Shown here: positions 15,842 through 30,071 of the stretch, in pieces | How positions within the stretch are numbered: the stretch's first letter is position 1 | How the letters are laid out: the number at the start of each line of letters is the position of its first letter | Assembly (NCBI GenBank): GCA_965153355.1 | Contig: OZ231126.1 | Span: forward strand, 40,796,001-40,860,000 | Direction of reading: 5' to 3' | From: Flaccisagitta enflata | Lineage: Eukaryota | DNA length: 64,000 nucleotides | Notes under the pieces: generated by a model | Seen by the model: only the letters and a program-made list of their open reading frames with translations | Databases searched by the model: none | What the model was told of the DNA's origin: nothing | Position numbers and translations under genes: made by a program

Positions 15842-16781
15842 TGTGTGTCTGTGTGTCTGTGTGTCTGTGTGTGTATGAGTGTGTATGTGTGTGTGTCTGT
15901 GTGTCTGTGTGTCTGTGTGTTTCCACTTATATGCGTGTGTAAATTTGTGTGTACTTTTATCTGTGCGTGCTTATGCGCGTGTTTTGTGTTATTGAGGGCT
16001 CATGGACGGTATGACCTTGAATTTTTTCCTTACAAAGGCGATAGTTACCATTGTCGGGAAGGAGACAGTTGACAGAAGGGTTTAGTCATGATCTCATGGT
16101 GTCACTTGTGCCAGTAGAAATATCGTGATTGTGGCTGTTATTGTAATTGTGTTCTTTCTTAGTTTTCTTTTTTCTTTTTCTTTTATTGTCTTTTTATATA
16201 TCTATTTTCTTTTCTATTTTTTCCCTTTTCATTGACGACGGTGGTCAATAGTTGCAATGGCTTGTTGAATAATGTTGTTGGGAAAAACAACCTCATTGAC
16301 AGCCTTTTTTGTGCACCACTTCTTGTAGGATTTTTCACTGTTATCATCATTATGGTTGTTTTAAACATGGTCACAAGAAAGTGTAGGGATGCTCTACAAG
16401 GAGCGTCCAGGTTGCCCGGAGCTTGAATTCAGAAAACAAGACCGGATACACGGCTACCTTAGTCGCGTGCGGGTGGGCAGGGGCAGTATTTGAGTTACTA
16501 AAGCACTTGGGCAAGTGCAGTGAGGCCAAAGACCGCAAAAACATAAAAAAAAGTAAAATGGGGACCGACCGACCGACCGACCAACCGACCAACCGACCGA
16601 CCAACCAACCGACGGACCGACGGACGGACAAAGCGGGGTGTAGTGTCGCGTAGCACGCGACTAAAAAGGTCTGTTAGATAAATAATTCTAGGTGTACAGA
16701 CAACTGATCAACTTACTGGCAAACATGAAAAGTGGGGCGGTCGAGGATTTAAGTCCAATTTCAAAATATGATGAACTCCAG

Positions 16782-16964
16782 TTTTTAGTCGCGTGCACGC
16801 GACTCTACACTCCGCTTTGTCCGTCGGTCGGTTGGTCACACTTTACTTTTTTTTAGGTTTTTTATTTTTGGACCTCACTGCTCCTGACAAAATAGTCTAG
16901 TGACCTCAAATATAGCCCCTGCCCACCCGCACGCGACTTCGGTAGCCGTGTATCCGGCCTTGTT
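16782..16964 (+). mobile_element. Family B HINE/DINE-1-like short element (TTTTTAGTCGCGTG...GTGTATCCGGCCTTGTT), representative copy
   Basis: 5' hairpin AGTCGCGTGCACGCGACT, a GTCG/GTCC microsatellite and a conserved 3' end. Other copies at about 3990-4204, 4877-4997, 5166-5297, 15291-15472, 16436-16667, 18189-18350, 29050-29134, 51939-52109, 54700-54860 and 59610-59710. Confidence 0.7.
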
Positions 16965-17134
16965 TCCATAAATGCCCCTCATTAGAAGGCTTTATTAAAT
17001 AGAGGTCTCAATTTGAAAGTTAAAACATGTTGGCTACATTGGGCTTCCCATGGCATTGAAATAATCCCTAAAATAAGCCTATACTGTTGCTGAAAAGTTT
17101 TTTCGTTTGATTTCTAACTAAAACTTGAGAAACC

Positions 17135-17720
17135 CTTTTGGGCAGCGGCCCCAAAGGGCCGATGTCCTGTAGGACACAGGGGTGAATTTCCAGACTTCCA
17201 TCTGTTTGTCTATCTGTCCAGACGTCCATCTGTTCATCCCCCCCCCGCCAAAGCTTCTGAGCCTCATGTTCCAATTGAAAAACATGGAAAATTAAAGAAA
17301 TGCAAAATTCCCATTGAATGATATGGAAAATTGATAAAGAAATGAAAAAAAATATGAAATTTTCATTGAATAACATGGAAAATTTACTAGAAGGCAAAAA
17401 TATTGGAAATCCCTATTGATTAACATGGAATATTAGCAAAATTTTGAAATACACATGCAAAATTCAGATTGAATAACATGGAAAATTGAAATGAAAAAGT
17501 GAAATGGAAAAAAATTCAATGTTCTCATTGAATAACAAGGAAAGTAGCCCCAAAGGCCTCAAATGTTCCTTCTCAGGACGTCTAGAAAATTCACCCGTGT
17601 CCTACAGGACATTGGTCCTTTGGGGCCGCTGCCCTGCTCTCACTCCACTTCTTCAGCTGATCACTCCAAGCAGGGCATCGGGTACCGCTGACCATGTGCG
17701 ATCCTTGGATGACTAGTTTT
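17135..17720 (+). mobile_element. Family A HINE-like copy carrying a CCCATTGAATAACATGGAAAATT array
   Basis: Same termini as 23621-24458. Further copies at about 2040-2531, 18948-19371 (+24582-24615), 30558-31245, 34009-34455, 59715-60370, 61010-61575 and 61790-61928. Confidence 0.7.
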
Positions 17721-19707
17721 ATTTAATGATTGTGCAAATAACCCAATTACATCAATATATAAAATTTGAACCAATTCCCGACCACCCTAACGTAATGAGG
17801 AACATGCATTCATGTCTTTTCCAATCTATTCTCATCCTTGTTATCCCCTTGTCATAATCATAATCATGAATCACTGTGGGCGTCTCTCTTGGCTTCATGC
17901 ATGCTGGCTTAATGGCTTTCCCTCCCATGCTTTACCCATTTTTCATTTGATTTACCTCGCTTTTTTTCTGCTTCTATGGTCATTAAAAAGCCAAACAGTA
18001 CATGGACGGTGATGCGCTCTCAAGTTGATGAAAAGAGAATGAGGCGCGATAGTATGGCTGGCTCAGCAAACTAGAGCCATCATGCAGAAGTTACCGGTTA
18101 CACAAAAAAAGACCCTTTGATATATGTATCTGATGGTTTTTGGAAACGGAAAGAAAAAAGTTAACAAACACAGATGGACTATATAAGAACCAGGCCGGAT
18201 ACACGGCAATCCAGTCGCGGACGGTTGGGCAGGAGCAGTAATGCAAAAACCACTGGTACTTCAAAAATGTGACGGACTGACTTACAAACGGACTTACGGA
18301 CGGATGGACCGACACGGCAAGGTGTAGAGTTGCGTGTCCGCGACTAAAAACACGAGTAGAACCCATCAAGGACGCATCTAACGACGTTGTGCATCACGTG
18401 TCACACAACGTTCCATTTCTCAAACCAATGTTGAGACAACATTCGATATGTGATTGTTGTAGTGGAATTCTTATGAGTGAGAAAGTGAAGTTTGCGCAGA
18501 CATACGGCAAATGATCAAGTTTCACTTCAGAGACTTCTCTTGTCTCGCAACTGCGGTAATTATGTTACGGATGAATACAGCTTGAAAAAAAAAGCGTCTG
18601 TTCACATATTCACAAGACTACCGTTTAGAAACGATTTCATGCATGAATCGATGTTCAAGGAACATCTGCTTACAATTTCAAGCATATATGAATTCATACG
18701 TAAAAAACTAAAAATGATAACAACTTCATTTGACTACCTTATGTGACAACAATAAATCAATACTAAAAGAGCCATCACTACTAAAAGAGCCATAAACGTA
18801 ATTGCTCAGTTGATGGTCTGCTCGACTGCATGTGTGCAATGTCCGACTCGTTTGAAACTCTTACTGGATTAAGTCAAGCTCACCTACAGCTAATGATGAT
18901 TCCCTTTTCCCTTTTCAAGAGAGATTTGGAAATTTTCCCGGATTCCTTTTTGGGCAGTGGCCTGGAAGGGGTCAATGACCTATGCTTTCACACGTATGGG
19001 GAGTTTTCTTATTCTCCTTCTCCTCCTTCTCCGTCCATCCCCCCTCTCCGCCAAATCTCAGTCTTGAGGCCCAAATTCCAGCCCCGAGGCCCAAATCCCA
19101 GCCTTAAGGCCCAAATCCCATCTTCAAGGCCCAAACCCCATCATTGAGGTCCAAATACCAGCCTCGAGGCCCTAATCCCAGCTTCAAGGACAAAATACCA
19201 GCCTTGAGGCCTGAATCACAGCTCAAAAGCCCAAATCCCAATTGCTAGAAGGAGGAGAAGATTTCTCATAGATATGAAAGCATAGGTCATCGACCCTTTA
19301 AGGGGCTGCTGCCCTGCTCCCTCCCTCAATTTCAAGCACAACCTACATAGGCAGGGCACAGGTACCGCTGAGAGATATTCCGTGGCGTTCCTTTATAACG
19401 TATTAAACCGCCAAAAATCGTTTCAAAAATGCAAAAAAGTAGATCATTGTAACAAAAATTATGAACTTTCGTCACAAAAATGCTTAAAAAAGCCGTTTTG
19501 AAACGGGCGTTCTTATGCAGTTTTAAAACGATCTAATATTGTCGTTTCAAAACCACAAGTATGCGCAACTTTTGAAACGAATTTTGAGGCATAGTTGCCG
19601 TTTCAAAACTTTGCAATTCTAAAGTTTTAAAACCATGAGATTTTTGCGTTTCAAAACGCTTGAAAACAGCGCTAGAGTTACAGCCAGCAAGGGAAAAAAT
19701 CTATATA

Positions 19708-20685
19708 CAGGGTGTTTCACGCGTTTTGAGGTTAAAAGAATCAACATAGCTTTTCTCCTAGAAAAGTTATTCCAATTCTGAAAAAAGGTCTGCATAGATC
19801 TTGAAGTGCAGTTTTTTTATGTCACCAATTTTTTATATCTGCGCTTTTAAATATGCCCACTATGTAAGTTTGAAGAAAATAACCATATCCAGCCTGCATC
19901 TTTAATCTGGATAACTATGACAAAAAAAAAGGTCCCTACTTGTTTGTTAGTGTTTCACATCCAAGCAATAAGAAAAACATAGCAAAATCCATGACCATTT
20001 TAAAGCTCTGCGAAAGATCTTTCCAATGAGACCTTGCTGGTTGTCATATCTCTATCCGTTTAGAAATGGCAGAAGAATGACGACAGGTGGTCAAGAATTT
20101 GGAAAATCAGTAACACCTCATTTTCATTGGCTATCTTTATTGTAACATAGAAATTGAACAAATTGAGTTGGAAATTTGTTCTTGGCTCCATTTTATAGAA
20201 AACTCATGGCTTTTTAATTTGCTCATGGATATCGAGTAGCTAAGACAAGAGTTTGTAATTGACAATAACAATAAGAGTAAAATTTCTCGATGGAAAAAAA
20301 ATTGAATTCAATCTGTGAATTTTTTCTTTAATGTTTTGCCATTTCTAAATGAATGAAGCTACAATGTCCAGCAACGAAGCGTTTTGAAGATTTTTTGCAG
20401 AGCTTTTAAACAGTCATGGATTTTCTGTAGTTCAAGCCAATAGTTGACCAGAAACTAGTAAAAGAAGTTGTCCATTTTTTTCTTCACCATGGTTAGTTAA
20501 CTGGATAATGTTGTTTACTTTAAACTCCCGTAGCTCCCAAGCTAAAAAACGCAAATACAAAAAATTGGTGACATAAAAAAACTGCACTTCAAGATCTATT
20601 CAGACCTCTTTTCAGAATTGGAATAGCTTTTCTAGGAGGAAAACTATTTTGATTCTTTAAACCTCAAAATGCGTGAAACACCCTG
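19708..20685. mobile_element. Tc1/mariner-type MITE, 978 bp
   Basis: Long TIRs CAGGGTGTTTCACGC.. / ..GCGTGAAACACCCTG flanked by TA. Empty site near 23101-23125. Confidence 0.85.
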
Positions 20686-20785
20686 TATCTTTGTAATCTT
20701 ATCACCATTTTAACCGTTTTGAAAACGCAAGAAATTGAAGTATTGAAACTAAGAAAAAATGCGTTTAGAAACTGAAACATGGTTA

Positions 20786-21390
20786 CTATCCGAATTAAAA
20801 ATCATGCAAGTTTCTCATAGAAGTGATTGAATGAGGCTACTTTTTCCATCTGAGTAGCATTTTGCGAGCTGGTTTAGTTTATTTGAGCTTTCATGCATCA
20901 CATCCAAGACTTTTAGCCTTAAGAATCGAGCTGATGCGGAGAAATCACCATGCAAAAGTGACATTTACTTTAAAATTTTTTCCCTTTTATTTTCAGTTAA
21001 GAGTCCATGATGATTTTGAGGGTTTTATTCTAATCAATCAGATTCGGTGTTTCATTTTTCATCACAGACATCGAGGAGCCCAAATATAAGAACTCTGAAA
21101 GCAGACAGCATGGGTAAAACAATTCCTGATTCCTCCTAGTGGTGCAATTACTCCATCACCTTTACCCCAAAATGATATTTTTTTCCTCAGACTGCGTTTT
21201 AAATTTTGGACCCCAGCACCTTCTTTTGAGTATAACTTCTAAACGAATCAAGCTACAGATTTGGGATTGCGCTCAAAAGAAAGCCCTCGAAAAAAGCTTC
21301 AACTTGGTCACCAATAAATCATGTCTTAAGTGAGCCAAAGGCCCAAAAATGAGCTGTAGAAAAACTTGCGTTTTTTTTTAATTCGGGTAG
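20786..21390. mobile_element. TA-flanked MITE with CTATCCGAATT...AATTCGGGTAG termini
   Basis: Imperfect TIRs and TA duplication relative to the empty site ctagcatataaccat at 23001-23015. Confidence 0.75.
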
Positions 21391-21863
21391 TATATGCTAG
21401 GTGGAACAATTTCCCTGACTTTACCCAAACTGAAATCAATGGAAGAGGGCCCCGTTAGCCCTCACTGACTGGCTAATATGCGCGCCACTCTTGGTTTTCC
21501 ATAAAACAGAATCTGAAAGACATCCTTTTGGACAGTGGCCTCAAAGGGGTCGATGACCTATGCTTTCATACATATAGGGAATTTTCTCCTCCTCCTTCTT
21601 CTCCCTCGTATATCCCTTTCCCCCAACCTCAAGGCCCATATCCCAGCCTTGAGGCTTTTATCCCAGCCTCGAGGCCCAAATCCCAGACTCAAGGCCCAAA
21701 TTCCAAACTGCAAAAAATTGAAGTTTTGAAACTTTAAAAAATTGAATTTATGAAACGTTTTTACAAGCAACTTTTTTACAGTTTCAAAACTGCAAAAAAA
21801 TTTCTTATGGGAACGGCGATTTCATTTTTTTATAATTTTACTGCCACTGCCACTGTTTTAAAA

Positions 21864-23442
21864 CAGTTATTCCGTCGGCGTTATTATGGCATTATCGTCC
21901 CAAATAGGGGAACGACGTATCAAAACTCCTAGTATGCAGCAGTTTCAAAACGTCTAAAAAATCGTTTATGCATACAACAACGTCCTTTTGTGGTTGTAAT
22001 CTGGAGTTTCAAAACGCAGGCATAGTTGCCGTTTTGAAACCGCGTTTTTTGGGAGTATCAAAACTGCATAAAAAGAGGTTTTGAAAACATGACAAAAATA
22101 ACATTTCTTTTTCACTTCTAGCCAGTTTTTTTTAAACTGCAGAAATGAGCTTTTTCAAACAGTGGCAGTGGCAGTGGCAGTAAAATTATGAAATATGAAA
22201 TCGCCGTTCCCATAAGCAATTTTTTTGCAGTTTTGAAACTGTAAAAAAGTTGCTTGTAATAAAGTTTCATAAATTCAATTTTTTGCAGTTTCAAAACTGT
22301 AAAAAAAAGGCTTTTTGTAACGTCCTTCAAAGTAGTAAAACATTACACAAATTACACAAATTTACATAAAATACAAGTGACACAAATTACATAAAATTTA
22401 CATAAAATACAAGTGACACAAATTACAACATTACACAAATTACACAAATTTACATAAAATACAAGTGACATGGAGTCAAAATTCAACAACAATAGGACGG
22501 CAAGCATATAGGGAATTTTCTCCTCCTCCTCAACCTCCTCCTCCTCCGCACCCCCCCCTTCCCCCAAGCTCTAGGCCCATATCTCAGCCTCGAGGCCCAT
22601 ATCTCAGCCACGAGGTCAAAATCCCAGTCTCAAGGCCCAAATACCTTGAGGCTGGAATTTGGGCCTTGGGGTTGGAATTTGGGCCTTGAGGTTAGAATTT
22701 GGGCCTCACGTCTGGGATTTGGGCCTCGAGGCTAGGATAAAAGCCTCAAGGCTGGGATATGGGCCTTGAGGTTGGGGGAAAGGGGGATACGAAGGAGAAG
22801 AAGAAGGAGGAGGAGAAAATTCCCCATATGTATGAAAGCATAGGTCATCAACCCCTTTGGGGCCGCTGGCCAAAAGGATGTCTTTCAGATTCAGTTTCAT
22901 GGAAAACCAAGAGTGGCGCGCGTATTAGCCAGTCAGTGAGGGCTAACGGGTCCTTCTTCCATTTTTTTCAGTTTGGGTAAAGTTAGGGAAATTTTTCCAC
23001 CTAGCATATAACCATGTTTCAATTTTTAAATGCATTTTTTCTTAGTTTCAATACTTCAATTTTTTGCGTTTTCAAAATGGTAAAAAAGGTGATAAGATTA
23101 CAAAGATATAGAGATTTTTTCCCTCGCTGGCTGTAACTTTAGGGCTGTTTTCAAGTGTTTTGAAACGCAAAAATCTCATGGTTTTAAAACCTTGGAATTG
23201 CAAAGTTTTGAAACGGCAACTATGCCTAAAAATTCGTTTCAAAAGTTGCGCCTACTTGTGGTTTTGAAACGACAATATAAGATCGTCTTAAAACTGCATA
23301 AGAACGCCCGTTTCAAAATGGCTTTTTCAAGCAATTTTGTGACAAAAATTCATAATTTTCGTTACAATAATCCACTTTTTTGCATTTTTGAAACGATTTT
23401 TGGCGGTTTGATACGCTATGAAGGAACGCCACGGAATATCTC
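21864..23442. mobile_element. hAT-like non-autonomous element, copy 3, inserted in inverted orientation inside copy 2
   Basis: Termini CAGTTATTCCGT.. / ..ACGGAATATCTC. 8-bp TSD TTTTAAAA at 21856-21863 and 23443-23450. Empty site visible in paralogues (cactgtttgaaaaagctc). Confidence 0.85.
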
Positions 23443-23620
23443 TTTTAAAAAGCTCATTTCTTCAGTTTTAAAACGAAAAAAAAACTAGCTAGAAGTGAGA
23501 AAGAAATGTTATTTTAGTCATGTTCTCAAAAGCCCTTTTTTTTGCAGTTTTGATACTCCCAAAAAACGCGGTTTCAAAACGGCAACTATGCCTGCGTTTT
23601 GAAACCCCAGATTACAACCA

Positions 23621-24458
23621 AACAAGTCATCCAAGGATTGCACATGGTCAGCGGTACCCGATGCCCTGCTTGAAGTGATTAACTGAAGAAGTGGAGTGAG
23701 AGCAGGGCAGCGGCCCCAAAGGGCCGATGTCCTGTAGGACACAGGGGTGAATTTCCATACGTCCTGAGAGGGCATGTTTGGGGTAATTTTCCGTGATATT
23801 CATTGGGAATTTTGCATTTTTTTTTATTTCTTTACAATTTGCCATGTTATTCAATGGGAATTTGAGGCCTAAGAGGCTGGATTTGAGGCCCAAGAGGCTG
23901 GATTTGAGGCCCAAGAGGCTGGATTTGAGGCTTGAGAGGTGGGATTTGAGGCCTGTGAGGCTGGATTTGAGGCCTGAAAGGCTGGATTTGAGGCTTGAGA
24001 GGCCAGATTTGAGGCCTGAGAGGTCAGATTTGAGGCCTGAGAGGCTGGATTTGAGGCCTGAGAGGCTGGATTTGAGGCCTGAGAGGCTAGATTTGAGGCC
24101 TGAGAGGCCAGATTTGAGGCCTGAGAGGCCAGATTTGAGGCCTGAGAGGCTGGGTTTGAGGCCTGAAAGGCTAGATTTGAGGCCTGAGAGGCCAGATTTG
24201 AGGCCTGAGAGGCCTGATTTGAGGCCTGAGAGGCTGGATTTGAGGCCTGAAAGGCTAGATTTGAGGCCTGAGAGGCCAGATTTGAGGCTTGAGAGGCCGG
24301 ATTTGAGGCCTGAGAGGCTGGATTTGAGGCCTGAGAGGCTTGAGAAGCTTCGGAGGGGGGACGTACGGACGTACGGACGGACGGACGTACGGACGGACGT
24401 AAGGAAATTCACCCCTGTGTCCTACAGGACATCGGCCCTTTGGGGCCGCTGCCCAAAA
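23621..24458 (-). mobile_element. Family A Helentron/HINE-like element (GGGCAGCGGCCCC family) with a 21-bp minisatellite; best-preserved copy
   Basis: About 50-bp subterminal inverted repeat GGGCAGCGGCCCCAAAGGGCCGATGTCCTGTAGGACACAGGGGTGAATTTCC, a CGTC microsatellite and a GATTTGAGGCCTGAGAGGCTG array at 23860-24340. Inserted in an A/T run with no TSD compared with the empty site near 21975-22000. Confidence 0.7.
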
Positions 24459-24756
24459 AGGACGTTGTTGTATGCATAAATGGTTTTTTTGACGTTTTGA
24501 AACTGCTGCATACTAGGAGTTTTGATACGTCGTTCCCCTATTTGGGACGATAATGCCATAATAACGCCAACGGAATAACTGACCGCTGAACATCTAACGC
24601 TTTTGAGACTATTTACTCTTTCTATCCAGTTTGTGTTTTGATGAGTATAGTGGTGGCTAATCTATATTTCAATATTTCAACTCAACTTTTACTGTACTGC
24701 TTATTTGTTTAGCTTCATTTTCACTCGATTCAGTTCGTTGTTCGATAGGTAAGCGC

Positions 24757-25063
24757 TAGGGTGGTCGGGAAATGGGTCAAATTTCATATATTGTTATACT
24801 TAGACCCTTTGCACAAATATCCAATAAAAGAGGGATTTCTCACAAGCTGGGGTGTGTAATCAAACAGAAAACCTTGTCGGCAAAACCATAGGCTTACTAT
24901 GGGGACTTTTTTTTTGCCATAGGAAGCCTATAGTTTTGCCGACATAGTTTAAACTTCAAATTCAGACCTCTGCTTGTGGGAAAACCTTCTTTTTTGGTAC
25001 ATTCATGCAAAAAACTAGAGTATATCATTTTTTGAAATTTGACCCTATTTCATGACCACCCTA
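24757..25063. mobile_element. hAT-type MITE, 307 bp, TAGGGTGGTC termini
   Basis: TIR TAGGGTGGTC..GGGTCAAATTTCA / TGAAATTTGACCC..GACCACCCTA. 8-bp TSD GTAAGCGC on both sides. Related fragments near 17760-17790 and 29150-29320. Confidence 0.85.
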
Positions 25064-26083
25064 GTAAGCGCCGCTCTTCTCCTCAGGGTGTTGTAATACT
25101 TGTTTACCTCTGGCTTTAGTCACTCTTTATGGTGTCGTTCTTGAGCTATGCTGTTTATCTCTCTTTTTCTCCTCTTTTTCATTTTTTTCCTTTTAAAACA
25201 AAAAAAGCCACGTGATAAGTCACGTGATCGATAAATTTCTTTGACTTTATATCTAGTCGTGGACACGTGACTGTACATTACGCTGTGTTGGTCGGTCGGT
25301 CGGTAAGTTTTCATGCACTTCAGAAGATAACATTATTCAAAATAAGATTTGCAACAACTTTCTGACAGAGTATCCCTCGTTTGGCAGTTGCAAGACTGCA
25401 AATTCACTGGCTGGATTCAATTCAGGCAAACAAAAGAAACGCAATTTCATGTTCCATTTGCATAATTAGAGGCCTATCTACATGCAAAAAAATCAACTTG
25501 GACTTGTTTTAGTCAGAACGTCATCAAGGATGTAGTTGTATATAATGACTATGGTAGAAATATCTGTCACAGCTTCAGCAATCAATTCTATACAACAACA
25601 ACATTGATGACGTTCTGACTAGATCAAGTCCATATTGATTTTGCTAGTGGATAGGTCTCTAATTATGCAAATGAAACATGAAAATCGCTTGGAGACTATT
25701 CTTTTCTCCAAAGCCTAAAATGAGCCCAGCCTAATATTCATCTTTCACAACACTCAAAGACAGCCAGAGAAGCGGTATCCTTCAAGAAAATTGTAGCAAA
25801 TTTAGAAACGAGATAACGTTCACGTATGTCTTCGATGCAAAATATCAACATTGTATATGTAGCGAGAAAGCATGAAAATGTGTTCCCGTGGCACCTGTTC
25901 ATGAAGGAAAACAAAGCATCTTTTTTGTTTACCTTTATTTCAAAATTACTCCCTATCGCCCATTTTCTCAAGACTTGAGGGAATCTACTGTATACCATCA
26001 CTTTTTTGTGTGCTTGCCTCTAAGTTGGTAAATATCACTTAAACAGATGCGGGCAAATTCTCTCTATTTCTAAGTTGTAAAAA

Positions 26084-26288
<205 letters not shown>

Positions 26289-27249
26289 TGACTGAGACTC
26301 GTTAAAGTGGTGTTTGCCAGTCTTTTGACAGCGACTGGCGCCTGGTGAATAGTTGAATGTCGACGTTTTGCGCCTTTAAATCCATTTTGTAAAGAAAAAA
26401 AAAACAGAAGAGGAAGTAACAAAAAGATTGAGAAGATAGAAAGTAAGAAAGAGAGAAATAAAGAACAAAATAATGAGAGAAGGAAAACTTAACATTTCCA
26501 TCACATACATCTGCACAAACCAAGAAAGCGTATATACTTGCAAAAGAATTTATATTTACATCAAAGGGCTTTTTCTTTTAAAGTAGGGGTGGGGACGCTA
26601 AAAACGCTACGGAAAAAAGGCCTACATTGGTCACGGTTGGATTGAGCAGCAGTGGAAAACCCCCAAAAAGCGGCTTAGCGATGGACAGACCACCGTAAAG
26701 GGGCTGATAGAGTCGTGTGTACGCGACTAGAAATGGAGAGATAGCTTCGGAGGAAATTTGAATAATTCAAACTTCACCAATTTAAGATTCAGATCAGTTG
26801 TGCAAGTTCAGTAAGCCAACTCATCCTTAGCATATCCTTGCTATATTCTTATCCTCATCCTTTCCCACATCATAGCAAATGGTCATTGCTTTGAAAAACT
26901 CCCGTGCACACTCATAAGTCTCTTCGATTTATCCACAGTTTTTGGTAACGAAAAGAAAGAAATCTTGTGTAGATTGCGGATAATTTTTTTTGAAAAAACT
27001 TGGAAAAGGAAAAAAAATAAAAAAAAAAAAAAACCAGAAAAATATGGCAAAAAGTTATGAGATAGAAATAGATGAATGCCGCTTAAATTGTCAACTGGGC
27101 AAACAATGAATTAAACATTCAGAGACGAGATTAGTTCAGAATAATTCAATGATCAATGTTTCGGTGCGGCGCATCTCGCAATTACCAAGAGTCAATACTG
27201 TAGTCACAAAGATTTTGATCCTCTTGTCCATTTTCTACCGTGTGCCGCT

Positions 27250-27294
<45 letters not shown>

Positions 27295-27295
27295 C

Positions 27296-27469
<174 letters not shown>

Positions 27470-27929
27470 TTGCGTAGCAGGCGTGTGAGTAATCGAGTTC
27501 TATTAAACTTTGAAGAGCGCTTTAAAAGCAAGCGCCTGAAGGTGACAAAACAATTGCAAGAGCGAGAAAAATTACTAATTAGTGAGGAAAAAAAGAGGGA
27601 AAATGAAAAAGCGACATAATCGATATGAGAAATTCAATGAATGGAAAAAAGTTTGTGAGAGGAAAAAAATGGCGCTTTTTAGAAGTTAATTAGTTTCCTC
27701 TCATGATTCTTAATTCAAAGGTTCTTTTTTTGTTGGTGGAAATCATGAATAATGAAAATCTTTCTCGACTTAAATCTTTCTTTGGATTATTTCCTCCTTG
27801 CGTTTATCTCTCTTTTCTTTCTCTTTCAGTCTGTATATCTTTCTGTATGTCTATTTGCCTTTTTTCCGTCTCTATGTCTGACCGACCGTGTATGCTTTTG
27901 TCTATGCGTGTGTTTTTGTCTCTTTATCT

Positions 27930-28737
<808 letters not shown>

Positions 28738-29341
28738 GCATAAATTCCCTCGCCATCTTTAGTTTATTCACTCAACAACATCACCATTAATTATTTTACA
28801 ATTGTTCCGTCGATCATCGTTTGTATTTGTTTAATAATAACAATCAACGGCTCCCGCCTATCTAATTGACTGGACCAATATGCAAATGCATGCTTCAACA
28901 AGACGTGGGAAGCCTGACATTTAGGCAGTGATCTTTTGCGCTCCCTAAGGCATCTGTAATAACTAGTGATCATTTCAGAAAAAAACTCACATTCTCAATC
29001 AAAACAAACCTTTATAAATGCATATGACCCTTCGGGGCCGCTGCCCAAAAGGGGACCAACCGAACGACCAACCGACCAACCCACCAACGGATCGACATCG
29101 CCGAGTGTAGAGTGGCGTAGCACGCGACTAAAAACCTTGTCAGCAACAACCTAGGCTTACAATAAGGATCATTTCAATACTATAGAAAGCTTATAGTGTT
29201 TCCGACATCGTTCAATCTTCAAATTCAGACCTCTACTTGTGGGAAAACCTTCTGATGTGGTGTAGTTAAGTTATGTAAAAGAGTATATCACTTTTTGAAA
29301 TTTGACCCTTATCCCCGACAACATAGGTACCCTTTCCCTTT

Positions 29342-29456
<115 letters not shown>

Positions 29457-29663
29457 ATTGAAGCCTTTATGTTTGTTTTCCTAATAAGACAAAGGACTAA
29501 TTGTGACTGCAAAAAGGATTTCTCTCTTCCAGGGACATGGAGAGGGGTTGACACAAATGAAGAAGATAAAGCAAGGGAAGAAGGAGAAGAAGAAGAAGAA
29601 GAAGAAGAAGAAGAAGAAGAAGAAGAAGAAGAAGAAGAAGAAGAAGAAGAAGAAGAAAGATGT

Positions 29664-29723
<60 letters not shown>

Positions 29724-29961
29724 GGAGGGAGTGAGGGAGGAGGAAGGAGGAGGAGGAGGAGGAAAAAAAAAAGAGAAGATGAAGAGTAAGAAGAGAAAAA
29801 CCAGAGGAGTGAAGTAGATAAAAGCAAAAGGAAAAAAGTGATTAACTAGAGAGTAGCCATTTTTTTAAACTGAAAGGAAGGGGAAGGAGTGGGGGTAGAG
29901 AGGAGACTCGCTGAAGGGGGCCTGGTAAGCAGGCCGGGGGAGGTGCCTGCCAACTCCCACC

Positions 29962-30071
<110 letters not shown>

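Larger units (their letters stand above)
19372..24581. mobile_element. hAT-like non-autonomous element, copy 2 (outer), carrying four nested insertions
   Basis: Imperfect TIRs GAGATATTCCGT.. / ..CGGAATAACTG. 8-bp TSD ACCGCTGA at 19364-19371 and 24582-24589. Confidence 0.85.

Noticed and set aside
17270..17545. CRISPR-like look: ATTGAATAACATGGAAA repeats with variable spacers (also 44535-44745)
   Set aside because: Eukaryotic context, no cas genes, spacers are short related A-rich sequences, and the array is internal to a Family A element.
23648..24479. 254-aa and 228-aa ORFs (SGLKSSL and LRPERLD repeats)
   Set aside because: Translations of a stop-free 21-bp minisatellite inside a non-autonomous element.
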